From Squalus acanthias (lineage: Eukaryota), in NCBI GenBank assembly GCA_030390025.1, contig CM059431.1, positions 148,616,001-148,680,000 of the forward strand: a stretch of DNA of 64,000 bases, written 5' to 3'. Positions within the stretch are counted from its first letter, which is position 1, and every line of letters starts with the position of its first letter. The notes under the pieces were generated by a model. The model saw only the letters and a program-made list of their open reading frames with translations, ran no database searches and had not been told where the DNA came from. The position numbers were made by a program, and so were the translations under genes. Positions 48,480 through 62,074 of this stretch are shown piece by piece.

Positions 48480-49285
48480 GATCTAAAGTGCGGGTTCAGA
48501 GCAAATGGCTGGTTGTGCAAGTGTAAGAAATGCACAGTGAAGGAAGCGAGTGAAAAGCCAGAGGTTTGTACTGAGAGCTGCCAGTGAGAACACTGCTGCC
48601 CAGGGAGGAGACGCTTGGGCAAACCATGCTGGCAGTGAGTCTCAGGCTGCTCCTCCACCGCAAACACAGCTCCCAATAGCGGATTTTAAAACTCCAAATA
48701 ATTTCGTCTGATTTAAACGTTGGAGGGTTTCAAGGGAATTCTGATTTTTTGCAGTATGGAGAAAGGATTTTGAAAAAAATGCCACATTACCAAACAAAGT
48801 TTAAAGAAATAAATACATGATTTTATTTAACCAGTCGGGCAGCGGGATGGTGAGAAACTCCTTTAAAATGCAGCAGCGGTGGTGATTTCTGTGGAATATC
48901 AGCAAGCTGGCTCACTTCAGTCAGAGTTCCAAACGCCAACAGCTGCTCTGTGAAAAGTTGCCAGCGGATTTTCCCGCACAACTTGATGCCTCGGATGATT
49001 GACAGCCGCACCAGCCAATCCAGTGCGGACCGGTCTTGCACGACAGCCAATTGTCGGTGAGCGGTGCACAATCCGGTGATTGACAGGTTGGATCCGGAGT
49101 CGTGTTTGATAAGCTTCTGGTTCAGGGATGAAACTTCAAATGGAAATGTTGCTGATTTTGTGGGGCTATTTTGCTGATGCGCGTTGTGCATATTTAAAAA
49201 AATATATTTTTTCAGAGATGTCGTGATGGATTATTCCCTATAGCGTCAATTTAGAAATAGAAAGTGGTGAGAATGTGAAACGTCC
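48480..49285. promoter_or_regulatory. Promoter-like module, copy 2 (inverted paralog of 16822-17622)
   Basis: TGATTGACAG at 48996 and 49077, CCAAT at 49015 and 49047; collinear reverse-complement match. Confidence 0.45.
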
Positions 49286-51441
49286 TCCCGCCTCGCTCTC
49301 TCTCTCGCTCTGAGTGTCCAGCTCTCTCTCCCCGCATCGCTCTCTCTCACCCCCAGTCTCTTTCTCTATATAATACATCCAGTCTCTCTTTCTCACCCCC
49401 AGTCTCTCTCTCTCCCAGTCACCCTCTATCAACCCCAGTCTCTCTCTCCCCCAGTCTCTCTCTCTCAACCACTCTCTCTCTCTCTCCCCCTGTTTCGCTC
49501 TCCCCCGTCTCTCTCTCTCAACCACTCTCTCTCTTCACCAGTCTCTCACTCTCTCCAGTATTTCTCGCACTGCCCCGTCTCACTCCCCGCCTGTCTGCCA
49601 CTCACTCCCCAGTCAATCTCTCCCGCTGTTACTCTCTCTCCTGTCTCCCTCTCCCCCAGTCTCTCACTCTCTCCCCCGTCTCTCTCTCTCTCTTTCTTGT
49701 CACTCTCCCTCCCCCAGCCTCTCTCGCTCTCTCCCAGTCATCCACTCTCTCCAGTCTCTCTCTCCGCAGTCTCTCTCTAACCCCTGTCTGCTCTCTCTCC
49801 AGTCCCTCATCTCTTCACCCAGTTTATCTCTTCTCTCTCCAGTCTCTCTCTCTCTCTTTCCCCCAGTCTCTCTCAGCCCCAGTCTCTCTCCCTCTTCCCC
49901 AATATCGCTCTCTACCCAAGAATCTCACTCTCTCTAGTCTATCTCTCTCCCCAGGCTCTCACTCGCCGAATCTATCTCTCTCCCAAGTCTCACACTCTCT
50001 CCCCAGTACCTCCATCTCCCCCAGTCACTCTCTCTCTCTCCCCCAGTCTCTCTCTCTCTCCCACATTCTCTTTCTCTCTCCCCAGTATATTTCTCTCCCC
50101 CAGTCTCTCTTTCACTCCGTCAGATTCTCTCTCTCTCTCCAGTCTCTCTCTCTCTCCCCAATCTCTCTCAGCCTAGTCACTCTCTCGCCCAATCTCTCCC
50201 TCTCCTCCAGTCTCTCTCTCTCTCCAGTCTCTCTCTCTCCACTCTCTCTCCCACCCCCGGAATCTCTCTATCTCCAGTCTCTCTCTCCCCAGTCACCCTG
50301 TCTCACCAGTCTCACTCACCCCAATCTCCCGCTCTCTGCAGCCTCTCTCTCTCTCTGTCTCTCACCCCAGTCTCTCTCTCCCCCAATCTCTCTCTCACTG
50401 GTCTTTCTCACCCCAGTCTATCTCTCTCCCCTGACCCTCACTCTCTCCAGTCTCTCTCCCTTCCCCAATCTCTCTCTCTCCCCAGTCCATCCAACTCCCC
50501 CAGTCACTCTCTCTCTCCCGTCTCTCTCCAGCCCCCGTCTCCTCCATCTCCAGTCCCTCTCACTCCCCAATCTCTCTCAATCTCCAGTCTCTCTCTCTCT
50601 CTCCGACAGTCTCTCTGACCCCCAGTCTCTCTCTCTCCCCCAGTCTGTACTATCGGCCCCAGTCTCTCTCTCTTTCTCTCTCTCTCTCTCTCCTGTCTCT
50701 CTCTCTCTCTCCCCAGTCACTCACTCTCTCCAGTCTCTCTCTAGTCCCGTCTTCTCTCTCTCCAGTCTCTCTCTCTCCCCAGTCTCTCTCTCTCGCCGAA
50801 TCTCTCTCTCTCCCTAGTCTCTCACTCTCTCCCCAGTGCCTCCAATTCCTCCAGTTTCTCTATCTCTTCTCCAGTCTCTCTCTCTCTCAACACCCCTCTC
50901 CCTCTCCCCCAGTTTCGCTCTCCCCCATCTCTCTCTCTCAACCACACTCTCTCTTCACCAGTCTCTAACTCTCTCCAGTCTTTCTCTCTCTGCCCCAGTC
51001 TCACACCCCGCCTGTCTATCACTCACTCCCCAGTCACTCTCTCCCCCCGTCACTCTCTCTCCTGTCTCCCTTCCCCCAGTCTCTCACTCTCTCCCCCGTC
51101 TCTCTCTCTTTCTTGTCACTCTCCCACCCCCAGCCTCTCTCGCTCTCTCCCAGTCATTTACTCTCTCCAGTCTCTCTCTCCGCAGTCTCTCTATAACCCC
51201 CGTCTGCTCTCTCTCCAGTCCCTCATCTCTTCACCCAGTTTCTCTCTCTCACTCTCCAGTCTCTCTCACTCTCTTTCCCCCAGTCTCTCTCAGCCCCAGT
51301 CTCTCTCCCTCTCTCTTCCCAATTTATATCTCTACCCCAGAATCTCAGGCACTTCAGTCTATCTCTCTCCCCAGTCTCACTCTCGCCGAATCTCTCTCTC
51401 TCCCAAGACTCACACTCACTCCCCAGTACCTCCATCTCCAC

Positions 51442-51478
<37 letters not shown>

Positions 51479-51729
51479 AGTCTCTCTCTCTCTCTCCCAC
51501 ATTATATTTCTCTCACCCATTCTCTCTTTCACTCCGCCAGATTCTCTCTCTCTCTCCAGTCTCTCTCTCCTCCCAGTCTCTCTCTCCCCAATCTCTCTTT
51601 CCTAGTCTCTCTCTCGCCCAATCTCTCACTCTCCTCCAGTCCCTCTCTCTGCAGTCTCTCTCTCTCTCCACTCTCTCTCCCACCCCGGAGTCTCTCTATC
51701 TCCAGTCTCACTCTCCCCAATCTCCCGCT

Positions 51730-52730
51730 AAGTAAGTGGGCAGAGATTTGGCAGATGGAATACAACACTGGAAAGTGTGAGGTGATGCACTTTGGCAGGA
51801 AAAATCCTAGAGCAATTTATTATCTTAATGGCAAGAAACTGGAGAGTACTGAAGTGCAAAGGGATCTGGGGGTCCTGGTGCACGAAACTCAAAAGGTTAG
51901 TATGCAGGTGCAGCAAGTGATTAAGAAGGCAAATGGAATGTTGGCTTTCATTGCTAGGGGGATAGAATATAAAAACAGGGAGGTATTGCTTCAGTTGTAC
52001 AAGGTATTGGTGAGACCGCACCTGGAATACTGCATACAGTTTTGGTGTCCTTACTTAAGGAAAGACATCCTTGCTCTCGAGGCAGTGCAAAAAAGGTTCA
52101 CTCGGTTAATCCCGGGGATGAGGGGGTGGTCATATGAGGAGAGGTTGGGTAGATTGGGACTCTACTCATTGGAGTTCAGAAGAATGAGAGGCGATCTTAT
52201 TGAAACATAAAAGATTGTGAAGGGGTTGGATCGGGTGGATGCGGGGAGGATGTTCCCGATGACGGGTGAGACTAGAACTAGGGGACATAGTCTTAGAATA
52301 AGGGGCTGCTCTTTCAAAACTGAGATGAGGAGGAACTACTTCACTCAGAGGGTGGTAGGTCCATGGAATATGCTGCCACAAAAAGCTGTAGAAGCTACAA
52401 CATTAATTAAATTTAAAACAGAAATAGACAGTTTCCTAGAAGTAAAGGGCATTAAGGGTTACGGGGAGCGGGCAGGAATTTGGACATGAGTCTAGGTTCG
52501 GATCGGTCATGGCCCTGTGGGTAGTGGAGCGGGCCCAGGGACTGTGTAGCCTGATTCTGCTCCTATTTCGTGTGTGCAATTCTGTTAGATGCAGGAGATG
52601 GTTCTGTGATAGAGAGTAGATTGGCGGTTAGGATCAGATCAGCCATGATCTTATTGAATGGCGGAGCAGGCTCGAGGGGCCAATTGGCCTACTCCTGCTC
52701 CTATTTCTTATGTTCTTATGTTCTTATGTT
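51730..52730 (+). mobile_element. Young 5'-truncated CR1 LINE with duplicated 3' UTR
   Basis: ORF2 C-terminus open except one stop (52208); two successive 3' UTR modules; (cttatgtt)3 tail. Confidence 0.93.
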
Positions 52731-54559
52731 CTCTCTGCAGTCTCTCTCCCCAGTCTCTCTCTCCCTCAATCTCTCTCTCACTAGTCTTTCTCACCCCCAG
52801 TCTCTCTCTCTCCCCCTGACCCTCACTCTCTCCAGTCTCTGTCCCTCCCCCAATCTCTCTCTCTCCCCAGTCCATCTCTCTCCCCCAGTCACTCTCTCAC
52901 TCCCGTCTCTCTCTAGCCCCCGTCTCCTCCATCTCCAGTCCCTCTCACTCCCCAGTCTCTCTCAATCTCCAGTCTCTCTCTCTCTCCCACAGTCTCTCTG
53001 ACCCCCAGTCTCTATATCTCCCCCAGTCTGTACTATCGGCCCCAGACTCTCTCTCTCTCTCTCTCCAGTCTCTCTCTCTCTCCCCAATCACTCTCTCTCC
53101 AGTCTCTCTCTAGCACCCGTCTTCTCTCTCCCCAGTCTCTCTCTCTCCCCAGTATCTCTCTCCCGCCGAATCTCTCTCTCTCACCCTAATCTCTCACTCT
53201 CTCCCAAGTGTCTCCAATTCACCCAGTTTCTCTCTCTCTTCTCCAGTCTCTCTCTCTCTCTCCCCCAGGCCCTCTCTCTCCAGTCTTTCTATCTCCGAGG
53301 TCTCTCTCTCTCTCCCAGTCGCTCTCTCGACAGTAACTCTATCTCCAGTTTCTCTCTCCGCCAGTCTCTCTCTCTATCCCCAGTCGCTATCTCTCTCCCC
53401 AGACTCTATCTCTTTCCCCCAGTCTCTCTCTATCCTCAGTCTAACTATCTCTCCTCCACTATCTCTCCTCCAGTCTCTCTCTCTCCTCCAGTCTCTCTCT
53501 CTCCATTTTCTCTCTCCCCCAGTTTCCCTCACTCTCCCCCAGTCTCTCTCTGCCCCGCTCTCTCTCTCCAATGTATCCCTTCCCAGTACCTCAATCTCAT
53601 CCCTGTCTCTCTCCCTCCCCAATCTCTCTCTCTCCCTCAATCTCTCTCTCTCCCCAGTCTATTTCTCTCCCCCAGTCACTATCTCTCTCCAGTCTCTCTC
53701 TCTATCCCCAGTCTCTCTCTAAACCCCATCTCCTCTCTCTCCAGTCCATCTCTCTCCCCCAGTCTCTCTCTCCCCAGTCTCTCTCTCCCCTGTCCGTCTC
53801 TATGTCCTGTCTCTCTCTCCCAAGTCTCTCTCGCTCCCCCGTCTCAATCTCTCCCCCCGTCTCTCTCTCTCTCTCTCCGGTCACTCTCTCTCTCCCCCCG
53901 TCTCACTCTCTCCCCATTCTCTCTTTTTTCCCTTTCTCTCTCTCTCCCAGTCTCTCTCTCCCCAATCACTCTTCAACTCCAGTTTCTCTCTCTGCCAGTC
54001 TCTCTCTCTCTCCCCCCAGTCTCTCTCTCTCCCCAGTATCTCTCTCTCTCTCTCTCTCTCTCTCTCCCCCGTCTCTCTCTCTCTCTCCCCCAGTCTCACT
54101 ATCTCCCCTCCACTCTCTCTCTCTCCTCCAATCTTTCTCGCTCCCCAGTCTCTCTCTCTCCCCCATTCTCTCGCTATCTCCAGTCTCTCTCTCCACAGTC
54201 TCCATGTCTCAACAATCTCAGTCTCCCCAGTCTCTCACTCTTCTGTCTCTTTATCGCACCCCGTCTCTCTCTCTCTCTCTCCAGTCTCTCTTACATCCAT
54301 TCTCTCTCTCCCCCTTCTCCCTGCCACCCCCAGTTTCACTCTCACCAGTCTCTCTCTCCCCAGTCTCTTAATCTCAGCCAGTCTCTCTCTCTCTCCAGTC
54401 TTACTCACCTCCAGTCTCTCTCTCTCCCGTCTCTCTCACTCTCTGGTCTCTCTCTATCCCCCACTCTTTCTCGCTCGCCGCCAATCGCTTTCTCTCTCTC
54501 CTCTAGTCTCTCTCTCTTTGCCGGACTCTCTCTCCCCCCCATTCTCTCTCTCTCTCTCA

Positions 54560-54905
54560 AATAGTTATTTGCCTTAGATGGAGTATCTAGAACTAGGGCA
54601 CATAGTCTCAGGATAAGGGGTAGGCCATTTAAGACTCAGATGAGGAGGAATTTCATAACTCAGAGGAGTGTGGTGAATGTTTGGAATTCTCTGCCCCATA
54701 CGGCTGTGAAAGCTGAGTTTTGAATATATTCAAGACTGGGTTAGATAGATTTTTGGACTCTCGGGGAAACAAGTGATTTGGAGATCGGGCGGGCTAGTGG
54801 AATTGAGGTGTATGATCAGCCATGGTCTCATTGAATGGCGGAGCAGTCTCGAGGTGCCGTAAGGCCTTCTCCAGTTCTTATTTCTTATTTTCTTATCTTC
54901 TTATT
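54560..54905 (+). mobile_element. CR1 3' fragment within CT array (copy 1 of 3)
   Basis: ggagtatctagaactagggcacatagtctcaggataagggg...gatcagccatgg. Confidence 0.85.
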
Positions 54906-55611
54906 ATCTTTCATTCTCCCGAGTCTCTCTCTCTCTCTATCTCTCAGTCTCTCTCTCTCCCTCAGTCTCTCTCTATCTCCAGTCTCTCTCTCTCACAATC
55001 GATCTCTAACGAGTCTCACTCTCCCCCAGTCTCTCTCTCGGCCCCAGTCTCTCCAAATCTCTCCCAGTTTCTCTCCAACCCCCTGTCTTTCTTTCTCAAC
55101 ATTCTCTCTCTCTCCCCAGGCTCTTCCTCTCTCCAGTCTCTCTCTCTCCCCAGTCTCTCTCACTTCACCAGTCTGTAACTCTCTCCAGTCTCTCTCTCCC
55201 CAGGCTCTCTCTCTCCCCAGTCTCTCTCTCACCTCAGTCCCTCTCTCTCCCCAATTATTTCCTCCTCTCCAGTCTCTCTCTCTGCGACAGTCTCTCTCTG
55301 CCCTCCCCATTCTCTCTCTCCGCAGTCTCTCTCTCACTCCCGATTCTCTCTCTCCCCAGTCTCTCTCTCTCCAGTCTCTCTCTCTCCCACAATCTCTCTC
55401 TCTCTCCCCATTCTCTCTCTCCCCAGTCTAACTCTTTCTATCCCCTCCCTCTCTTTCTCCAGTCTCTCTCTAGCTCTGCCCCAGTCTCCCCCTCATCCTC
55501 AGTTTCTCTCTCTCTGCTCCAGTATCTCTCTCTCGCCCGCATTTGCTCTCTCACTCTCTCCCCCTGCCTCTCTCTCTGTTTCAGACTCTCTCTCTCCCAC
55601 AGTCTCGCTAT

Positions 55612-58600
55612 CTGTACCAGTCGTTTCCATTGGCTGGAGTGTCTCGAACTGGGGCACATAGTCTCAAAATAAGGTGTAGGCCATTTAAGACACAGCTTAG
55701 GAGGAATTTCATAAGAGAGAGTAGATACATAGATACATAGAACAGTACAGCACAGTACAGGCCCTTCGGCACTCGATGTTGTGCCGAGCATTGTCCGAGA
55801 CCAAGATCAAGCTATCACACTCCCTATCACTCTGGTGTGCTCATGTGCTTGTCCAATAACCGCTTGAAAGTTCCTAAAGTGTCCGACTCCACTATCACAG
55901 CAGGCAGTCCATTCCACACCCCAACCACTCTCTGAGTAAAGAATCTACCTCGGACATCCCTTCTATATCTCCCCCCATGCACCTTATAGTTATGCCCCCT
56001 TGTAACAGCTGCCTCTACCCGAGGAAATAGTCTCTGAACATCAACTCTATCTATCCCCCTCATCATCTTATAAACCTCTATTAAGTCGCCTCTCATCCTC
56101 CTCCGCTCTAAAGAGAAAAGCCCCAACTCCCTCAATCTTTCCTCATAAGACCTCCCCCCCAAACCAGGCAGCATCCTGGTAAATCTCCTTTACACTCTTT
56201 CAAATGCTTCCACGTCCTTCCTATAGTGAGGTGACCAGAACTGCACACAATATTCCAAATGTGGTCTCACCAAGGTCCTGTACAGTTGCAGCATAACCTC
56301 ACGGTTCTTAAACTCAAACCCTCTGTTAATAAACGCCAACACACCATAGGCCTTCTTTACTGCTCTATCCACTTGAGTGGCAAACTTCAGAGATCTGTGG
56401 ATATGAACCCCCAGATCCCTCTGCTCCTCCACGTTCCTCAGAACCCTGCCGTTGACCCTGTAATCCTTATTCAAATTTGCCCTACCAAAATGAATCACCT
56501 CGCACTTATCAGGGTTAAATTCCATCTGCCATTTTTCGGCCCAGCTCTGCATCCTATCACTGTCTCTTTGCAGCCTACAACTGCCCTCCACCTCATCCAC
56601 TACTCCACCAATCTTGGTGTCATCAGCAAATTTACTGATCCACCCTTCAGTCCCCTCCTCCAAGTCATTGATAAAAATCACAAACAGCAGAGGACCCAGC
56701 ACCGACCCCTGTGGCACACCGCTGGTAACTGGTCTCCAGTCCGAAAATGTTCCACCCACCACCACCCTCTGCCTTCTAAGAGATAGCCAGTTACTTATCC
56801 AATCGGCCAAATTTCCCTCTATCCCACAACTCCTTACTTTCTTCATGAGCCGACATGGTGAACCTTATCAAACGCCTTACTAAAATCCATGTATACGACA
56901 TCAACTGCTCTACCTTCATCTACACACTTAGTTACCTCCTCAAAGAATTCAATCAAATTTGTTAGGCAAGACTTACCCTTCACGAATCCGTGTTGACTAT
57001 CCCTGATTAAGTTGCCCCTTTCCAAATGGTCATAAATCCTATCCCTCAGGACCTTTTCCATTATCTTACCAACCACCGAAGTAAGACTAACCGGTCTATA
57101 ATTACCAGGGTCATTCCTATTTCCTTTCTTGAAGAGAGGAACAACATTCGCCACTCACCAGTCCTCTGGCACCATCCCCGTGGACAGTGAGGACCCAAAG
57201 ATCAAAGCCAGATGCTCTGCAATCTCCTCCCTTGCCTCCCAAAGAATCCTAGGATATATCCCATATGGCCCAGGGGACTTATCGACCCTCAGGTTCTTCA
57301 AAATTGCTAAAACATCTTCCCTCAGAACATCTACCACCTCCAGCCTATCCACCTTTATCACACTCTCATCCTCAAGAACATGGCCCCTCTCCTCGGTGAA
57401 CACTGACGAAAAGTATTCATTCATCACCTCTCCTATCTCTTCTGACTCCATGCACAAGTTCCCACTACTGTCCTTGACCGGCCCTACCCTCACCCTGGTC
57501 ATTCTTTTATTTCTCACATAAGAGTAAAAAGCCTTGGTGTTTTTCTTGATCCGACCCGCCAAGGACTTCTCATGCCCCCTCCTAGCTCTCCTAAGCTCTT
57601 TTTTTAGCTCATTCCTTGCTAACTTGTACCCCTCAATCGACCAAACTGAACCTTGTTTTCTCATCCTTACATACGCTTCCTTTTTCCTCTTGACTAGACA
57701 TTCAACCTCTTTTGTGAACCATGGTTCTCTCACTTGGCCATTTCCTCCCTGCCTGACAGGGACATAACTATCAAGGACACGCAGTAATAGCTCCATGAAA
57801 AAGCTCCACTTTTCCTTTGTGCCTTTCCCTGATAGTTTCTGTTCCCATCTTATACTCCCTAATTCTTGCCTAATCGCATCATAATTACCCCTCCCCCAAT
57901 TATAAACCCTGCCCTGCCGTATGGCCCTATCCCTCTCCATTGCAATAGTGAAAGTTACCGAATTGTGGTCACTATCTCCAAAGTGCTCTCCCACATACAA
58001 ATCAAACACTTGGCCCGGTTCATTACCCAGTACCAAATCCAACGTGGCCCCAGCTCTTGTCGGCCTATCCACATATTGTGTCAGGAAACCCTCCTGCACA
58101 CACTGTGCAAAAACTATCCCATCCGAACTGTTTGACCTATAAAGGTTCCAATCAATATTTGGAAAGTTGAAGTCACCCATGACAACTACTCTGTGACCTC
58201 CACACCTATTCATAATCTGCTTTGCAATTTCTTCCTCCACATCTTTATTACTATTTGGGGGCCTGTAGAAAACTCCTAACAACGTGACCGCTCCTTTCCT
58301 ATTTCTAACTTCAGCCCATATTACCTCAGACGGCAGATCCCCCTCGAACTGCCTTTCTGCCGCTGTTAAACTATCCTTGATTAACAATGCTACTCCTCCA
58401 CCTTTCTTACCAACTTCCCTACTCTTACTGAGTTATGTGAACATTTTGAATTCTCTGCCCCAGAAGGCTGTGAATGCTGAGTTTTGAGTTAGATGGATTG
58501 TTGGTCTCTAGGGGAAACAAGAGAATTGCTGATCGGGCGGGAATGTGGAGTTGAGATGTATGAACAGCCATGTTCTCATTGAATGGCGGTGCAGTCTCGA

Positions 58601-58653
58601 GGGACCTTATGGCCTACTCCTGTTCTTATTTATTATTTTCCCATGTTCTTATG
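55612..58653 (+). mobile_element. CR1 3' fragment (copy 2 of 3), split into 55612-~55722 and ~58430-58653 by a younger CR1
   Basis: ...aggaggaatttcataagagagagt | insertion | agttatgtgaacattttgaattctctgccccag... Confidence 0.85.
55723..58429 (-). mobile_element. Young 2.7-kb CR1 LINE (most of ORF2: endonuclease plus RT) with few lesions
   Basis: YRPPN, GDFNFP, SDHNSV, KSPGP, NYRPVSLTS, VPQGSVLGP, FADDTK; two stops (57155, 56190) and one frameshift (~56845). Confidence 0.96.
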
Positions 58654-61635
58654 TTCACTCAATTTCCAAATCTCTCTCTCTCCGCAGTCTCACTCTCTCT
58701 CCAGCCTCTCTCTCCCAGACTCTCTTTCTCTCTCCAGTCTCTCTCTCTCCCCCAGTTTCTCTCTCTCTTCAGTCTCTCTCTCTCCGACAGTCTGTCTCTC
58801 TCCCCATTCTCTCTCTCTCCCACAATCTCCCTCTCTCCATTCTCTCTCTCTCCCAGAGTCTCTCTCTCTCTCTCTCACCCAGAGTCTCTCTCTCCCCCAT
58901 TTTCTCTCTCTCTCTTCAGTCTCTCTCTCTCCGACAGTCTCTATCTCTCCCCATTCTCTCTCTCTCCCCCAATCTCTCTCTCTCCAGTCTCTTTCTCTCC
59001 CACAGTCTCTCTCTCTCCCCATTCTCTCTCTCTCCCCCAATCTCTCTCTCTCCAGTCTCTTTCTCTCCCACAGTCTCCCTCTGTCCCCATTCTCTCTCTC
59101 TCCCCCAATCTCTCTCTCTCCAGTCTCTTTCTCTCCCACAGTCTCCCTCACTCCCCATTATCTCTCTCCCCCAATCTCTCTCACTGCAGTCTATCTCTCT
59201 CCCCCAGTCTCTCTCTCTCTATTAGTCTCTCTTTCCCCAGTCTTACTCTCACTGCTCCAGTTGCTCTCTCTCCAGACTTTCTTTCTCTCCAGTCTCGCTC
59301 GCTCCCCAATCTCTCTCTCTACCCAGTCTCTCTCTTCCCCGTCTCTCTCTCTCTCCAGTCTCTCTCTCCCCCAGTTTCTCTCTCTCTTCAGTCTCTCTCT
59401 CTCCGAGAGTCTCTCTCTCTCCCCATTCTCTCTCTCCCCCCCAATCTCTCTCTCTCCAGTCTCTTTCTCTCCCACAGTCTCTCTCTCTCCCCATTCTCTC
59501 TCTCTTCCCCAAACTCTCTCTCCAGTCTCTTTCTCTCCCACAGTCTCCCTCTCTCCCCATTCTCTCTCTCCCCCCCCATTCTCTCTCTCTGCAGTCTCTC
59601 TCTCTCCCCCAGTCTCTCTCTCTCTCCAGTCTCTCTCCCCAGTCTTACTCTCACTGCTCCAGTTGCTCTCTCTCCAGACTTTCTTTCTCTCCAGTCTCGC
59701 TCGCTCCCCAATCTCTCTCCCCCCAGTCTCTCTCTTCCCCGTCTCTCTCTCTCTTCAGTCTCTCTCTCTCCCAGTCACTGTCTCTTTGCAGATTATCTCT
59801 CCCACAGTATCTCAATCTCTCCTCATTGTCTCTCTCGACAATTCCATTTCTCTCACCAGTCGCTCTCGCTCTGCTTTCTATCTCAGCCCTAGTACCTCTT
59901 TCTCGACAAAGCTCTCTCTCCCGCAGACTCTCTAAATCTACAGTCGTTCACTCCCCCAGTCTCACTCTCCTCCAGTTTCCCTCTCTCACCACTCTCTCTC
60001 TGTCTCTCACCACTCTCATCTCTCTCTCCGAAAGTCTCTCTCTCTCTCCCCATTCGCCCTCTCTCCCCAATCTCTCTCTCGCCAATCTCTCTCCAGTCTC
60101 TCTCTCCCCCAGTCTCTCACTCTCTCCCCAGTCCCTCTCTCCCAGTCTCTCTCTCTCCACTCTCTCCGACAGTCTCTCTCTCTCTCTCTCCCCATTCGCC
60201 CTCTCTCCCCAGTCTCTCTCTCTCCAAAAACTCTCTCCAGTCTCTCTCTCCCCCAGTCTCTCTCTCTCTCCCCAGTCCCTCTCTCTCTCCCAAGTCTCCC
60301 ATTATCTCACCCCCGTCTCTCTCTCTCTCCAGTCTCCCTCTCCCCAGTCTCTCTCTCTCTCCCCAGACCCTCTCTCTCTCCCAACTCTCGCAGTCTCTCA
60401 CCCCCAGTCTCTCTCTCTCCCCAGTCTCCCTCTCCCCAGTCTCTCTCTCTACAGTATCTCACCCTCCTCAGTCTCTCTCTCTGCCAGTCTTTCTCTCTCT
60501 GCAGACTCTCTCTCCAGCAGTCTCTCACACTCTCTCCATTGTCTCTCTCCCCCATTTTATCTCTCTTATAGGTCTCTCTCTCTCTGCTTTCGATCTCTCC
60601 CTAGTACCTCTCACTCCCGCAGTCTCACTCTCCCCCAGTTTCTCCCTCCCCCCAGTCTCTCTGTCTCCCCATCACTCCCTCGCCCAGTCTCTCTCTATTT
60701 CCAGTCTCTCTCTCTCCCCAGTCTCGCTCTCCCCAGTCCCTCTCTCATACTCCCAAGTCTCCCAGTCTCTCACCCCAGTCTCTCTCTCTATCCCCATTCT
60801 CTCTCTCCCCCATTCTTTCTCTCTACAGTCTCTATCTTCCCAGTCTCTCTATCTCTCTCTGCCAGTATTTCTCGCTCTGCAGACTCTCTCTCCCACAATC
60901 TCTCACAAACTCCCCATTGTCTCTCTACCCCATTCCATCTCTCTCACCAGTCTCTCTGTGTCTGCTTTCGATCTCTCCCAATTACGTCTCTCTCCCCCAG
61001 ACTCAATCTCCTCCAGCCTATCTCTCTCCCCAGTCTCTCTCTCTCCCCAGTCACTCCCTCGCTCAGTCTCTCTCGATCTCCAGTGTCTCCCTCTCCCCAG
61101 TCTCTCTCTCCCCCAGTCTCTCTCGCTACAGTCTCTCTCTCCCCGCAGTCACGCTCTATCTCCAGTCTCTCGCTCCCCCATCCTCACTCGCTCTCTCCCA
61201 ATATTGCTCTCCATAGTATCTATCTCCCTCTTCTCTCTTTCGCTCAGTCTCTCTCTCTCTCCAGTCTATCTCTCTCCCCAGTCTCTCTCTCCCCCAGTTT
61301 CTCTCTCTCCAGATAGTCTATCTCCCCAGTCTCTCTCTCTCCCTAGCCTCTCCCACCCTCAGTCTCTCTCTATCTCCAGTCTCTCTCTCTCCGCTGTCTC
61401 TCTCCCCAGACTCTCTCGCTCCCCCAGTCACTCCCTCTCTCCAGTCTTTCTCTCCCCCAGTCTCTCTCTCTATCTCTCCCAAATCGCTCTCCCTTGTCTC
61501 TCTCTCACACCAGTCTCTCACTCTACCCCAGTCTCTCTCTCTCCAGTATCTCTCTCGCTCTCCAGTCTCTCTCTCTCTCCTAGCCTCTCTCTCTGTGCCA
61601 GTCTCTCCCTCACCCCAAGTCTCTCTCTCTCTCTC

Positions 61636-61972
61636 TACCAGTTCTTTCCCCTGGCAGGTGTGTCTAGAATTAGTGGGCATAGTCTCAGGATAAGGGGTAA
61701 GCCATTTAAAACCGGGATGATGAGGAATTTCTTATGTCAGAGTGTTGTGAATCTTTGTAATTCTCTGGCCCAGACGGTTGTGACTGCTGAGTCTTTGAGT
61801 ATATTGAACGCTGAGATAGATAGTATTTTGGATTCTTTGGGAATCAAGGGATATGGAGATCGGGCGAGAAAGTTGAGGTCGATCATCATCCATGATCTGA
61901 TTGAAAGGCAGAGCATTGTCGGGGCCCCGTATGGCCTACTCCTGTTCTAATTTCTTATTTTCTTATGTTGTT
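61636..61972 (+). mobile_element. CR1 3' fragment within CT array (copy 3 of 3)
   Basis: FFPLAGVSRISGHSLRIRGKPFKT...; tail tttcttattttcttatgtt. Confidence 0.85.
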
Positions 61973-62043
61973 ATGATCTCTCTCTCTTCAAGTCTCTATC
62001 TCTCTCTCCTAGTCTCTCTCTCTCTCCAGTCTCTCTCTCTCTC

Positions 62044-62074
<31 letters not shown>

